A stretch of 64,000 nucleotides of DNA from Vulcanimicrobiota bacterium. Its GTDB lineage: Bacteria > Vulcanimicrobiota > Vulcanimicrobiia > Vulcanimicrobiales > Vulcanimicrobiaceae. This document shows, in pieces, positions 49,949-60,157 of this stretch. Under the pieces are notes generated by a model, which ran no database searches, had not been told where the DNA came from, and saw nothing but the letters and a program-made list of their open reading frames with translations. The stretch lies in the NCBI GenBank assembly GCA_963777315.1, contig CAVZQC010000005.1:32001-96000 (forward strand), written 5' to 3'. The position numbers and the translations under genes are program-made. How positions within the stretch are numbered: the stretch's first letter is position 1; each line of letters starts with the position of its first letter.

Positions 49949-50420
49949 GGCTGCGCTCGTCGTGCTTTCGGACCGGGCGGCTTCGGGCTCGCGTGCGGAT
50001 CTCTGCTTGCCGGTGATGCGCGAACGTTTGGGACCGGCGTACGAAATCGTGCGCGAAACGGTGCTTCCCGACGACGCATCGGCGCTGCAGGCCGAACTGA
50101 TCGATCTCTGCGACCGCGGCGCCGCATCGCTGATACTCACCAGCGGAGGCACCGGCCTTGGACCGCGCGACCGCACGCCGCAGGCCACGGCGGCAATTCT
50201 GGACTACGAAGTTCCCGGCATCGCCGAAGCGATTCGGGCCGCCTCGATGAAGATCGTCAAAAGCGCCATGCTTTCGCGCGCGCTTGCCGGCGTGCGCCAT
50301 CGTACGCTGATCGTCAATCTTCCCGGCAGCCCCAAAGCGGTGGGCGAATCGCTCGACGTCATTTTGCCGGTTTTGCCGCACGCCGTCGAACTGCTTGCCG
50401 GAGACGTCGTCGACGGCTGA
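49938..50420 (+). CDS. mog: MogA/MoaB molybdopterin adenylyltransferase
   Basis: SDR, TSGGTGLGPRD.TP, LSR and NLPGSP motifs. Confidence 0.88.
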   Translation: MNAKAALVVLSDRAASGSRADLCLPVMRERLGPAYEIVRETVLPDDASALQAELIDLCDRGAASLILTSGGTGLGPRDRTPQATAAILDYEVPGIAEAIRAASMKIVKSAMLSRALAGVRHRTLIVNLPGSPKAVGESLDVILPVLPHAVELLAGDVVDG

Positions 50421-50423
50421 TCC

Positions 50424-51749
50424 ATGGATTTCTCACAAGCGCAAACCTATTTGCTGGGAACGGTCAACGAAACGGCGTCTCGCCGCGAGCCGTATCGGCT
50501 GGATCGCATGCGTGCGTTCATGCACGAATTGGGCGATCCGCAGGACCGCTACCCGACGGTGCACGTCGGAGGAACCAGCGGAAAAGGCTCGACCTCGACG
50601 ATGATCGGGGCTGCGCTGAGCGCTTCGGGCAAGCGGACCGGCCTGCACACCAAGCCGCATCTGCGTTCGATGACCGAACGTGCCCGGATCGACGGCGCGG
50701 ACGTGCCCGAAGAACGGTTTGCCGAGCTGCTTGAGCAGATGATGCCCGCGATTCGACGCATTACCGACGAATACTCGCGTCCCTCGTACTATGAAACGCT
50801 GCTCGCGCTGGCGTTTTTGTATTTTGCGCAGGAACGGGTCGATGCCGCGGTCATTGAAGTGGGCATCGGCGGCAAACTCGACGGGACGAACATTTTGCTC
50901 CCGCGCGTGTGCGTCATTACGAACATCGGCTTGGACCACACCGAAATTCTGGGCGATTCGCTCGAAGAGATCGCTCTGGACAAAGCCGGTATCGCCAAGC
51001 CCGGCGTGCCGCTGGTCACCGCAGTCGATCGCCCCGGCCCGCGCGCCGTGATTGAAGCGCGCTGCCGCGAAGCCGGCGCACCGCTGGTCGCGGTCTTGGA
51101 CGTAACGGCCGTCAGCAAGCTCGAACTGGCGCAACGGGGACAGCGCTTTGCTTTGCGTACGCCGCAGCAAACCTACGACGTGACGTTGCCGCTGCTCGGG
51201 GAGTTTCAGCAGCGTAATGCGGCCACCGCTATCGTCGCGCTCGAACAGCTCGACGCGAAGCTGCGTCCCGGCAAGGACGCCATCGAACGCGGCCTTGCGA
51301 ATATGACTTTGGCGGGACGAATGGAATATTTCCCTTCACATCCCGGCATAGTGTTCGACGTGGCGCACAATCCCGACAAAGCCGCGCATTTGGCGCAATC
51401 CCTCATGATAACGTTTCCGGGCAGACGCTTTGCCTTCGTGATCGCCGTCGGCGCCGGCAAAGATGCGCCCGAAATCCTGCGCGCCTTCGCCGATTTGCCG
51501 GCTTCGTACGTCTTTACGTCGTTCGAAGCGCAGGGACGGACGGCATCCAAACCGCAGCGCCTGGCGGCGATCGCCGAAACGCTCGGAATATGGGGGCGTT
51601 CCATTGCGGATCCGATTGAAGCGCTGGCCATCGCCAGACGCAACGCTTCGAGCGAAGAAGTGATCGTGGTCACGGGTTCGACGTTCGTGGTTGCGGAGCT
51701 GCGCGAATGGTGGATCGAGAACGTCCTTGCCGGTCAGTTTGCGCGATAA
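50424..51749 (+). CDS. folC: Folylpolyglutamate synthase/dihydrofolate synthase
   Basis: HVGGTSGKGST, EVGIGGKLDGTN, LDHT, GRME and DVAHN motifs. Confidence 0.94.
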   Translation: MDFSQAQTYLLGTVNETASRREPYRLDRMRAFMHELGDPQDRYPTVHVGGTSGKGSTSTMIGAALSASGKRTGLHTKPHLRSMTERARIDGADVPEERFAELLEQMMPAIRRITDEYSRPSYYETLLALAFLYFAQERVDAAVIEVGIGGKLDGTNILLPRVCVITNIGLDHTEILGDSLEEIALDKAGIAKPGVPLVTAVDRPGPRAVIEARCREAGAPLVAVLDVTAVSKLELAQRGQRFALRTPQQTYDVTLPLLGEFQQRNAATAIVALEQLDAKLRPGKDAIERGLANMTLAGRMEYFPSHPGIVFDVAHNPDKAAHLAQSLMITFPGRRFAFVIAVGAGKDAPEILRAFADLPASYVFTSFEAQGRTASKPQRLAAIAETLGIWGRSIADPIEALAIARRNASSEEVIVVTGSTFVVAELREWWIENVLAGQFAR

Positions 51750-52587
51750 CGCGCGCGGCGCGTTACGAGCGCGCGGTCGCGTGTTGCCATGGGGCGAGCG
51801 AACGTACGTAATGGGCGTAGTAAACGTCACCCCGGATTCGTTTTCGGGCGACGGCATGCCCAATGCGCCCGAAGCGATCGCACACGCGATCGAGCAATCG
51901 TGTCTGGGCGCGGACATCGTCGACATAGGCGCCGAATCCACGCGGCCCGGATACGTACCCGTCGACGAGCAAACCGAGCTGCAGCGGCTCCTGCCGGTCT
52001 TGCACGCGGTGCGCCAACGTCTGCCCGGCGCCATCGTTTCCGTCGACACCCACAAGCCGGCGGTTTTTCTTGCCGCGCGCGCCGCAGGCGCCGACATGCT
52101 CAACTCGGTGTGGGGTCTGCCCGAAGAGCTGCTTGCGGTGGCAGCGCAAGCCCGCGTGCCGGTCGTGATCATGCACAACCAGGCGCGCGCGCATTACGCG
52201 GGCGGCGTGATGAACGAGGTGCTGGCGTTTTTGCAGGAAGCGGCCGCGCGCGCGCTGAGCGCGGGACTCGAGCGCGACGGCATCATCGTGGATCCCGGGA
52301 TTGGATTCGGCAAAACCGCCGATCACAACATTGCGGTCTTGCGCGAGTTGCCGCGGTTGACGGCGCTGGGATTCCCCACGCTGATCGGTACGTCGAGAAA
52401 ATCGACGATCGGGAAATTGACCGGCAAAGCGCCGCTGCGGCGCGTTGCGGGCACGACGGCGACGACTGCCCTTGCGGCCGCTGCCGGCATCGATATCGTC
52501 CGCGTTCACGACGTGGACGAAGCGATCGACGCGGTTCGCGTCAGCGACGCTATCGTTCGCGGTTGGCGCCCTGCGCAATGGACGTGA
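51739..52587 (+). CDS. folP: Dihydropteroate synthase
   Basis: MGVVNVTPDSFS, GAESTRPG, DPGIGFGK, SRKS and RVHDV motifs; start approximate. Confidence 0.95.
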   Translation: MRDNARGALRARGRVLPWGERTYVMGVVNVTPDSFSGDGMPNAPEAIAHAIEQSCLGADIVDIGAESTRPGYVPVDEQTELQRLLPVLHAVRQRLPGAIVSVDTHKPAVFLAARAAGADMLNSVWGLPEELLAVAAQARVPVVIMHNQARAHYAGGVMNEVLAFLQEAAARALSAGLERDGIIVDPGIGFGKTADHNIAVLRELPRLTALGFPTLIGTSRKSTIGKLTGKAPLRRVAGTTATTALAAAAGIDIVRVHDVDEAIDAVRVSDAIVRGWRPAQWT

Positions 52588-52940
52588 TCGCACTTGCCCG
52601 AATGCGCGTTGCGGGCCGTCACGGCGCCTTTGCCGCCGAGCGCGCTTGCGCGCAGCCGTTCGATCTGGACGTCGTCGTCGAACTCGATCTGCGGCGCGCT
52701 GCAGCCAGCGACGATCTTGCCGATACGCTCGATTACGCGCAGCTGCACCGGCGCATAACGCAGGTCGTTGGGTCGACCTCCTTCGCGCTGCTCGAGCGGC
52801 TCGCCGGCGAAATTCTGGACGTCATCTTTTCGGATCCTCGCGTAGCGCGCGCCGAAGTGGCAATCGCCAAACCCGCGCTATTGGAAGGCGCCACGCCGAG
52901 CGTGCGTTTGCGGCGGGACAATCCCGGCTATCGCGACTAG
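52578..52940 (+). CDS. folB: Dihydroneopterin aldolase
   Basis: GRHG...ER, SDDLADTLDY, LLERLA and KP motifs. Confidence 0.93.
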   Translation: MDVIALARMRVAGRHGAFAAERACAQPFDLDVVVELDLRRAAASDDLADTLDYAQLHRRITQVVGSTSFALLERLAGEILDVIFSDPRVARAEVAIAKPALLEGATPSVRLRRDNPGYRD

Positions 52941-52947
52941 CAGTCCG

Positions 52948-53811
52948 ATGGCGCGCGCTGCGATCGGCATCGGTTCGAACCTGTGCGATCCGGTTGCAAA
53001 AGTGCGGCGAGCATTTCGCGAGCTCGCGATCGTCGGCACGATCGTCGCGCGCTCGCCGCTCTACCGCACCCGAGCGTGGGGCCGAACCGATCAGCCGGAT
53101 TTTTGCAATGCCGTCGCTCTGTTGGAAACCACGCTCTCGCCGCGCGAACTTCTTTCGGCGCTTCAGATGCTGGAAGTGCGGCTCGGCCGCGAGCCGGGCG
53201 AACGTTGGGGGCCCAGGGCGATCGACTTAGACATCCTGCTGTATGGCGAGCAGCGTCTCGACGAACCCGGATTGACCGTTCCGCACGCGCGCCTGTTCGA
53301 GCGCGCATTCGCTCTCGTTCCGCTGGCCGACGTAGACGAGCGGTACCGGGAGGCGGTCGCGGGGCTTCCCGGCGCCGAGCGCGAATCGGTATCGCTCATG
53401 TCGGAGCAGCAGCTGGTCGGCCGCGTGCGCATGCTTGCGCGGGCTTTCTTAGAAACGGACCTGATGCGGCTGCGCATCCAAGATGAAAACGACGATGCGG
53501 TCGAGTTCCGCCGCAAGGCGGTGCCGGCGGCGCGCAGTTCGACGCAGGCTTCCCAGGCGTGGGACGCCCCCGCGCCGGTCGCCCACATCGAGCCGATAAA
53601 GGCCGACTTAGTCGGCATCTTCCATTTGAGCCGGCGTCCGGTCACCGAGGGCGAACGCTTGGACGACGATCGGGAGCTGGCATACGTCGAAGCGCTGGGA
53701 ATCCGCAATCCGGTACGCTCTCGGGGCTCGGGGCGAATCGTCAGCGTGCTGTGCAAGGACGGCCAGCCCGTCGAGTACGGCCAGGTTCTTTTCGAGATCG
53801 ATCGCGGCTAA
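52948..53811 (+). CDS. folK: FolK (HPPK) fused to a BCCP/AccB-like domain lacking the biotinyl lysine
   Basis: IGSNL, QPDF.N, GPRAIDLDIL, PH.R..ERAF (FolK), then IKA..VGIFH...YVEALGIRNPV...G.I....DGQPVEYGQVLF. Confidence 0.88.
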   Translation: MARAAIGIGSNLCDPVAKVRRAFRELAIVGTIVARSPLYRTRAWGRTDQPDFCNAVALLETTLSPRELLSALQMLEVRLGREPGERWGPRAIDLDILLYGEQRLDEPGLTVPHARLFERAFALVPLADVDERYREAVAGLPGAERESVSLMSEQQLVGRVRMLARAFLETDLMRLRIQDENDDAVEFRRKAVPAARSSTQASQAWDAPAPVAHIEPIKADLVGIFHLSRRPVTEGERLDDDRELAYVEALGIRNPVRSRGSGRIVSVLCKDGQPVEYGQVLFEIDRG

Positions 53812-53832
53812 CGTGCCCGACGATGCCGCTGC

Positions 53833-55191
53833 GTGATGCTTAAAAAAGTTCTCATCGCCAACCGCGGAGAGATCGCGTTGCGCATCAATCGCGCATGCCG
53901 CGAGCTCGGCGTGCAGACCGTGGCGATATTTTCCGAAGCGGATCGCAACTCGCTTCACGTGCGTCATGCCGACGAAGCGTTTTGCGTGGGTCCAGGGCCG
54001 GCCGGCCTTTCGTATTTGAGCATCCCGAACATCATCTCGACCGCGCTCATCACGGGCTGCGACTCCGTGCATCCGGGTTACGGTTTCTTGGCGGAAAACG
54101 CGCGTTTTGCGGAAATCTGCGCGGACCACGGGCTCACGTTCATCGGTCCGCGCCCGGAAGTGATCGCGGCAATGGGGGACAAGGCGACCGCCAAGCGCGT
54201 GATGCAGCAGGCCGGCATTGCGACGACTCCGGGAACCGATATTTTGCCCTCGTTCGAGCAGGCCCGCGCTGCGGCCGACCGGATCGGCTATCCGGTGCTG
54301 CTCAAAGCCACGGCGGGCGGAGGCGGCAAAGGGATGCGCTCGGTGCATGCGCCCGACGAACTCGAACGCGCGTATGCGTCCGCGACGGCCGAAGCCGAGG
54401 CGAGTTTCAAAGACGGCCGCGTCTACATGGAGAAGCTGATCGTCAAACCGCGGCACATCGAAGTGCAGATCATGGCGGACGACTTCGGCAACGTCGTGCA
54501 TTTGGGCGAACGCGACTGCTCGGTGCAAAAGCCGTCGCATCAAAAGCTCATCGAAGAGGCGCCCGCGCCCAATTTGTCCGAGGCGGTTCGCAACGAGCTG
54601 CACGCGATGGCGGTGACGGCAGCGAAAGCCGTCGGCTACAGCAACGCGGGAACGCTCGAGTTTCTCGTCAACGGCGATCGGGTGTACTTCATGGAGATGA
54701 ACACGCGCATTCAAGTCGAGCATCCGGCCACGGAGATGGTCTACAGCATCGATTTGGTCAAAGAGCAGATTCTCGTGGCGGGCGGCGAACAATTGGGATA
54801 CACGCAAAGCGACCTCAAGCCGGTGGGACACGCCATCGAGTGCCGCATCAACGCGGAGGATCCGCGCAGCAATTTCGCCCCGGCGGCCGGCACGCTCACG
54901 AACGTCGTGTTTCCGGGCGGCCCGGGGATCCGCGTCGACACCCACGTGTATTCAGGCTCGGTCGTGCCGCCGTTCTACGATTCGATGATCGCCAAGATCA
55001 TCGCGCTGGGCAGCAGCCGCGAAGCGGCGATCGTGCGCATGGAGCGCGCTCTTGCAGAAACCGCGATCGAGGGCGTCAAGACCACGATCGACCAGTGCCT
55101 GGAGATTCTTGCCAGCCCGCCGTTTCGCAGCGGGCATTATGCCGTCGACTTTTTGCCGAACCTGCTGGCTTCGGCCGCATCGGTTGCATAG
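53833..55191 (+). CDS. accC: Acetyl-CoA carboxylase biotin carboxylase subunit
   Basis: ANRGEIA, HPGYGFLAEN, GGGGKGM, ERDCS, EMNTRIQVEH and YDSMIAK motifs. Confidence 0.95.
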   Translation: MMLKKVLIANRGEIALRINRACRELGVQTVAIFSEADRNSLHVRHADEAFCVGPGPAGLSYLSIPNIISTALITGCDSVHPGYGFLAENARFAEICADHGLTFIGPRPEVIAAMGDKATAKRVMQQAGIATTPGTDILPSFEQARAAADRIGYPVLLKATAGGGGKGMRSVHAPDELERAYASATAEAEASFKDGRVYMEKLIVKPRHIEVQIMADDFGNVVHLGERDCSVQKPSHQKLIEEAPAPNLSEAVRNELHAMAVTAAKAVGYSNAGTLEFLVNGDRVYFMEMNTRIQVEHPATEMVYSIDLVKEQILVAGGEQLGYTQSDLKPVGHAIECRINAEDPRSNFAPAAGTLTNVVFPGGPGIRVDTHVYSGSVVPPFYDSMIAKIIALGSSREAAIVRMERALAETAIEGVKTTIDQCLEILASPPFRSGHYAVDFLPNLLASAASVA

Positions 55192-55193
55192 CC

Positions 55194-55601
55194 GTGCCCA
55201 CCCGCCGCATGAGCCGCGAGCTCGCATTGCAAGCCCTGTTTTCCGTTGAAATCGGCCACCGCGATCCGGGCGAAGTACTCGAAGAATACCTGGCGACGTT
55301 CGGTGACGGCTCGCACCGGCTGTTCGTCAAGGATCTCGTGCTCGGAACGATCGAAAACGCGAGCGAAAGCGACGATGCGATCGGGCCGCTGCTGCAGGGC
55401 TGGACGATCGAACGTCTGCCGACGATCGACCGGCTGCTGTTGCGCATGGGGACGTTCGAACTGCGTCATCGGCCGCAGACGCCGCGGCCCGTCATCATCA
55501 ATGAAGCGGTCGAACTGGCCAAGCGGTTCTCCACCGAGGATTCCGGCCGTTTCGTAAACGGCGTCCTTTCCACGCTCAGCAAGGCCAACGGACATGCGTA
55601 G
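55194..55601 (+). CDS. nusB: Transcription antitermination factor NusB
   Basis: RR.SRELALQALF, W..ERL..ID, INEAVELAK and FVNGVL motifs. Confidence 0.94.
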   Translation: MPTRRMSRELALQALFSVEIGHRDPGEVLEEYLATFGDGSHRLFVKDLVLGTIENASESDDAIGPLLQGWTIERLPTIDRLLLRMGTFELRHRPQTPRPVIINEAVELAKRFSTEDSGRFVNGVLSTLSKANGHA

Positions 55602-57732
55602 AGCACTGCGGGTGCTGCTGGTACTGCTGCTGCTGGTCGTGCTGTTCGTCGCCGGTTCCGTCGCCGGCATCGTGGCGGCATACTCGCGAAACTTGCCCGA
55701 CATCTCGCGCATGGCGGATTATCAGCCGGCGCGTTCGACGCGCATCTATGCGCGCGACGGCTCGCTGCTGGCCTCGCTGTACAAAGAGAATCGCATTTGG
55801 GTGCCGATCGGCAAGATTCCCCAGCCGGTTCGCGAGGCGTTCATCGCCAATGAAGATCACAATTTCTACCATCATCACGGCGTGGATTTCGGGGGTATCG
55901 TTCGCGCGTCGTTCGCAGACCTCACGCATCACCATATCGAGCAGGGCGCCTCCACGATTACCCAGCAGCTCGCCCGCGGGCTCTTTCTCACCGACAAACA
56001 GTCGATCTCGCGCAAGATCCAAGAAGCGCTGCTCGCGATGGAGATCGAGCGCTACTACACCAAAGACGAGATCCTCGAACGGTATTTGAATCTGATCTAT
56101 TTGGGCTCGGGCGCGTACGGCGTCGACGCGGCCGCTCACACGTACTTCGGACGCAGCGTGGGCAGCCTGACCTTGGGCCAAGCGGCAATGCTCGCGGGCC
56201 TGGTGGCGGCACCCTCCGATTATTCGCCGTACGTCAACCGGCCGCTGGCGCGCGAGCGCCAGCTCCACGTGCTCCAACGCATGGCCGACAGCGGATACAT
56301 TACCGGCGATCAGGTGGCCGAAGCGTACGACGCGCCGCTGCAGCTGGCCGGACAGCGACCCGCAGGACTCCAGGGCTTCAGCGCGCCGTGGTTCACCACA
56401 TATACGGTCGCGCAGCTCGAGCGCGCGTTCGGCAAACAGGCCGCGTACGAAGGCGGTCTGCAAGTGTACACCACGGTCGATCCGCGCATGGAAAAAATCG
56501 GGCAAGAAGCCGTCGATTGGGGCATGAACGAGGCCAAACTCGAAGGCATCGGCGCCGACCAAGCCGCGCTGGTTGCGATTCGTCCGTCGACGGGCGAGAT
56601 CATGGCGATGATCGGCGGCACGCATTTTTCTTTGACCAATCAATTCAACCGCGCGTGGCAAGCGCATCGCCAGCCGGGCTCTTCCTTCAAAGTTTACGTG
56701 TACACCGCCGCCATCGATAGCGGAATGCCGGCGTCGACCATCATCGACGATTCCCCGGTCAGCTATCCCGACGGCACGGGCGGGACGTGGTCCCCGCAAG
56801 ACGACGACCACAGTTATATGGGGCCGGTCACCCTGCGCGTAGGGCTTGCGCAAAGCCGAAACATCGTCGCGGTCAAACTGCTCGAGCAAGTGGGCGTGGA
56901 TCGGGTTATCCAGTATGCGCACCGCATGGGCGTCAGCTCGAATCTGGAAGCGAACCTTTCGCTCGCGCTGGGAACGTCGGTGATCACGCCGCTCGATCAA
57001 GCCACCGGTTACGCCACGCTGGCAAATCAAGGCGTGCACATCCCGGCCTCGCCGTTCCGATTGGTCAAGGACTCGCTGGGAAACCCGGTGCTGGACAATC
57101 AGTACCCCGAACAAACCGAAGTGGTCAGCGCAGGCACCGCATACATCATGACCACGATGATGGAAGACGTGGTCAACCACGGCACCGGGTATCCCAATGC
57201 CGTAATCGGGCGCCCCGCCGCTGGAAAAACCGGTACGACGTCGGACTTTCGCGATGCCTGGTTCGTCGGTTTCACCCCGGATTTGGTCACCGCGGTATGG
57301 ATCGGCAACGACAACTATCATCCGATGAACGAGTCGTACGGAGGCAACATCCCCGCGCGCATCTGGGCACGTTTTATGAAAAGTGCGCTGGAAAACGTGG
57401 CAAAGCACGACTTTGTTTTTCCCGGTGACGAGGTCAAGAAAGTTGCCGCGTGCGGCGGCGGCTACGGGCCGTACGAATACTATTTAACCGGAACCGAACC
57501 GCTCACTCCGTGCGGCTCCCCGCAATTACCGCAAGCTGCTGCGTTCGGCGGTCCGCTTCACGCGTCCAACGGTTCGAGCGACATGCCGCCCGCGCCCACG
57601 TTTTCGCCGCCGCCGACCGCGCCGCCGCCGCGTGAGGCAGCGCAGCCCCCCGACAGCGTCGGCGATGGTACGAATTACGTTCCGTTGGACTCTCCGGCGC
57701 CGGTGGTCAGCACGCAGCCCCGGAATAGGTAG
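55594..57732 (+). CDS. Class A penicillin-binding protein (PBP1A family)
   Basis: ED..FY.H.GVD, GASTITQQL and RK.QE (transglycosylase); QPGSSFK, SRN and KTG (transpeptidase). Confidence 0.94.
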   Translation: MRRALRVLLVLLLLVVLFVAGSVAGIVAAYSRNLPDISRMADYQPARSTRIYARDGSLLASLYKENRIWVPIGKIPQPVREAFIANEDHNFYHHHGVDFGGIVRASFADLTHHHIEQGASTITQQLARGLFLTDKQSISRKIQEALLAMEIERYYTKDEILERYLNLIYLGSGAYGVDAAAHTYFGRSVGSLTLGQAAMLAGLVAAPSDYSPYVNRPLARERQLHVLQRMADSGYITGDQVAEAYDAPLQLAGQRPAGLQGFSAPWFTTYTVAQLERAFGKQAAYEGGLQVYTTVDPRMEKIGQEAVDWGMNEAKLEGIGADQAALVAIRPSTGEIMAMIGGTHFSLTNQFNRAWQAHRQPGSSFKVYVYTAAIDSGMPASTIIDDSPVSYPDGTGGTWSPQDDDHSYMGPVTLRVGLAQSRNIVAVKLLEQVGVDRVIQYAHRMGVSSNLEANLSLALGTSVITPLDQATGYATLANQGVHIPASPFRLVKDSLGNPVLDNQYPEQTEVVSAGTAYIMTTMMEDVVNHGTGYPNAVIGRPAAGKTGTTSDFRDAWFVGFTPDLVTAVWIGNDNYHPMNESYGGNIPARIWARFMKSALENVAKHDFVFPGDEVKKVAACGGGYGPYEYYLTGTEPLTPCGSPQLPQAAAFGGPLHASNGSSDMPPAPTFSPPPTAPPPREAAQPPDSVGDGTNYVPLDSPAPVVSTQPRNR

Positions 57733-57738
57733 AGCGCC

Positions 57739-59109
57739 GTGCAAGACTCCCTGTTTTCGCCGCTTCGCACGCCGCCCGGCCCTCCCATGGAAACCGTGCA
57801 GGGCGTCAGCCGCGTCGTCGATTACATTCGCCGGCTGATCGCACAGAATAAAACGCTCGCCGGCATTCGCGTGCGCGGCGAGGTTTCCGGTTTGAGCGCC
57901 AAGGACGGCAGGCTGTATTTCGATCTCAAAGAGAACGCCGACGTCCTCAAGTGCATCGCGTGGGCGGCTGATGCGGCAAAGCTCCCGCCGTTCAAAGACG
58001 GCGAGGAAATCGTGTGCACCGGTGACTACGGTACGTTCCCGCAGCGCAGCCTGTATCAGATGTTCGTCAAAAGCGTCGAACTGAGCGGCATAGGCGCGCT
58101 CTACGCGCAATTCGAAGCTCTCAAAGAGCGGTTTCGCAAAGAGGGCCTTTTCGAAAAGGAGCGCAAGCGCGCGCTGCCGGTGTTTCCGACGAGGGTCGCG
58201 GTGGTATCCGCGCGCGGCAAAGGGGCCGAAGATTTCCTGGCGACCATTGCCAAGCGCGCGCCCTTTATCGACGTGCGCTTCGTCGAGACGCGCGTTCAAG
58301 GGGACGGTGCGCAAATGGACATCGGCGAGGCTATCGACAAAGCCTCGCGGCTGGACGTCGACCTCATCGTGCTCACTCGCGGCGGCGGTTCCTACGAGGA
58401 TCTGTTTGCTTTCAATCTCGAACCGGTGGTGCGTGCCATCGTTCGCTCGCGGCACCCGGTTCTCTCGGCGATCGGGCACACCGGCGACGTTCACGTTTGC
58501 GACTACGTTGCCGACCACGTGTGCGAGACGCCTTCCAATGCCGCCCAGTATTTCGGCGAAATTGCGGATCGCTTTGCGCTGCGCATCCAACGCGCAAACG
58601 ACGTCATCGAACGCTCCGTCCGCGCGCTGGCCGCCAACGCCGCCCAACGCTTCGATGCCGCCGACAAAGAGCTTGCGCATGCCCGGCAGACGCACGTTCC
58701 GCAGCGTGCCCGCACGCTGCATGCACTCGAGCGCCGGCTCACCGAACACGCCCCGCACGCGCGCCTGGCGCAGCGCGTAAAACGCCTGAGCGGGCTGCGT
58801 TCGAAGCTCGGTACCCTAGCGCGTTACTATGCCGTGCCGCGCATCAACCGCATCGCGCGCGCGAGCGAAGCACTCGAGCGTTTTGCGCGCTCGGGTTTAC
58901 GCTCGTTCAACGAGCGTTTGCGGCATATGGACACGCAGCTGATCGGCTTGGATCCGCAAGCGCCGCTCTCGCGCGGCTATGCAATCGTCACGCTGAACGG
59001 TATGGCGGTGCGTGACGCCGGCGCCGTTCCGCAAGGAGCTCGAATTCAAGCGCAGCTGCAGCACGGCAAACTCGTAGCGCGCGTCGAAGGAACGGATTGC
59101 AATGGCTGA
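57739..59109 (+). CDS. xseA: Exodeoxyribonuclease VII large subunit
   Basis: GEVS, YF.LK, RGGGS.EDL, SAIGH, TPS.AA and L.RGYA motifs. Confidence 0.94.
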   Translation: MQDSLFSPLRTPPGPPMETVQGVSRVVDYIRRLIAQNKTLAGIRVRGEVSGLSAKDGRLYFDLKENADVLKCIAWAADAAKLPPFKDGEEIVCTGDYGTFPQRSLYQMFVKSVELSGIGALYAQFEALKERFRKEGLFEKERKRALPVFPTRVAVVSARGKGAEDFLATIAKRAPFIDVRFVETRVQGDGAQMDIGEAIDKASRLDVDLIVLTRGGGSYEDLFAFNLEPVVRAIVRSRHPVLSAIGHTGDVHVCDYVADHVCETPSNAAQYFGEIADRFALRIQRANDVIERSVRALAANAAQRFDAADKELAHARQTHVPQRARTLHALERRLTEHAPHARLAQRVKRLSGLRSKLGTLARYYAVPRINRIARASEALERFARSGLRSFNERLRHMDTQLIGLDPQAPLSRGYAIVTLNGMAVRDAGAVPQGARIQAQLQHGKLVARVEGTDCNG

Positions 59110-59347
59110 TCACAAACCGGGGGCTTTCGAGCAAAAGGTGGCGCGCCTCGAAGCGATCGTCAAGGAACTCGAGAACGGTAACGTCGAGCTGGATCGCGCG
59201 GTCGCGCTGTTCAAGGAAGGCAAGACGATCGCGAGCGAGTGCGAGCAGCTGCTCAAGGGCGCCCAGGCGCAGATCGATCGCACGATAGAGCAAACTCCCT
59301 CCTCCGGGCAGGCCGATGACGCTATGAGCGAGGACGTGCCTTTTTGA
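59102..59347 (+). CDS. xseB: Exodeoxyribonuclease VII small subunit
   Basis: FE....RLE.IV..LE.G.V.LD.A..LFKEG pattern. Confidence 0.92.
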   Translation: MADHKPGAFEQKVARLEAIVKELENGNVELDRAVALFKEGKTIASECEQLLKGAQAQIDRTIEQTPSSGQADDAMSEDVPF

Positions 59348-59373
59348 GCCGTGTCGACTGAACGACCACTGCG

Positions 59374-60157
59374 GTGACCGAGCGCCTCGACACGCTGGTT
59401 GCGCAGCGTGAAGGCATCACGCGCTCGCAGGCGCGCAGCCTGATTATGGAGGGCCGGGTGACCGTCGACGGGACGCCGGCGAGGAAGGCGGGCGCGAACG
59501 TGCAAGCCGATTCGCGGGTCGAGATCGAACGGCCGCGCCGTTTCGTCAGCCGAGGCGGGGAAAAGCTCGAGCACGCGCTGGCCGTCTTCCAGATAGACAC
59601 CGAGGGCAAATCGAGCTCTGGACGTGGGAGCGTCGACGGGCGGTTTCACCGATTGCCTGCTGCAGCGCGGCGCGGCGCGCGTCGTGGCCGTCGACGTGGG
59701 CTACGGGCAATTGGACTGGCGTCTTCGCAACGATTCCCGCGTGACGGTAATGGAACGCACCAATTTCCGGCACTTGCGCGATGATGCGTTCGCCGACCCG
59801 TTCGATCTCATCGTCGTCGATGCGTCGTTCATTTCTCTGCAAACGATCGTTGCGCGCGCGTCGGCATATCTAGCGGACGATGGCGATATCGTCGCACTGG
59901 TCAAACCGCAATTCGAAGCGGGACGCGAACGGGTCGGGCGCGGCGGGGTGGTGCGCGATCCGGACGTGCATCGCGCGGTGCTGCGGGAAGTTCGCTTCGC
60001 TGCAGCGCAGCTGAGTTTGAGCGCGGTAGGGTTGACGCCTTCGCCGCTGCTGGGCCCCGCGGGAAACCGCGAATTCCTCATGCACCTGCGGCGCGGCGGG
60101 TCTGCCCTTGCCGATGAAGTGATCGACGCGGTGGTAGCGAAGCGCCATTCAGCATGA
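59374..60157 (+). CDS. tlyA: TlyA family rRNA methyltransferase (+1 frameshift near 59608)
   Basis: ERLD..., FVSRGGEKL in the first frame; [25 protein letters not shown] and VKPQFE in the next frame. Confidence 0.88.

Noticed and set aside
53895..55193. Long N-terminal extension on nusB (similar cases for recN, folB, uppP, the PilZ gene and the phosphoesterase)
   Set aside because: Alternate-frame overlap with neighbouring genes; family homology starts at the downstream starts.
55576..57408. 610-aa minus-strand ORF (also 26033-27502, 38875-40404 and 53608-54945)
   Set aside because: Antisense shadows of PBP1A, ftsH, rho/rluB and accC.
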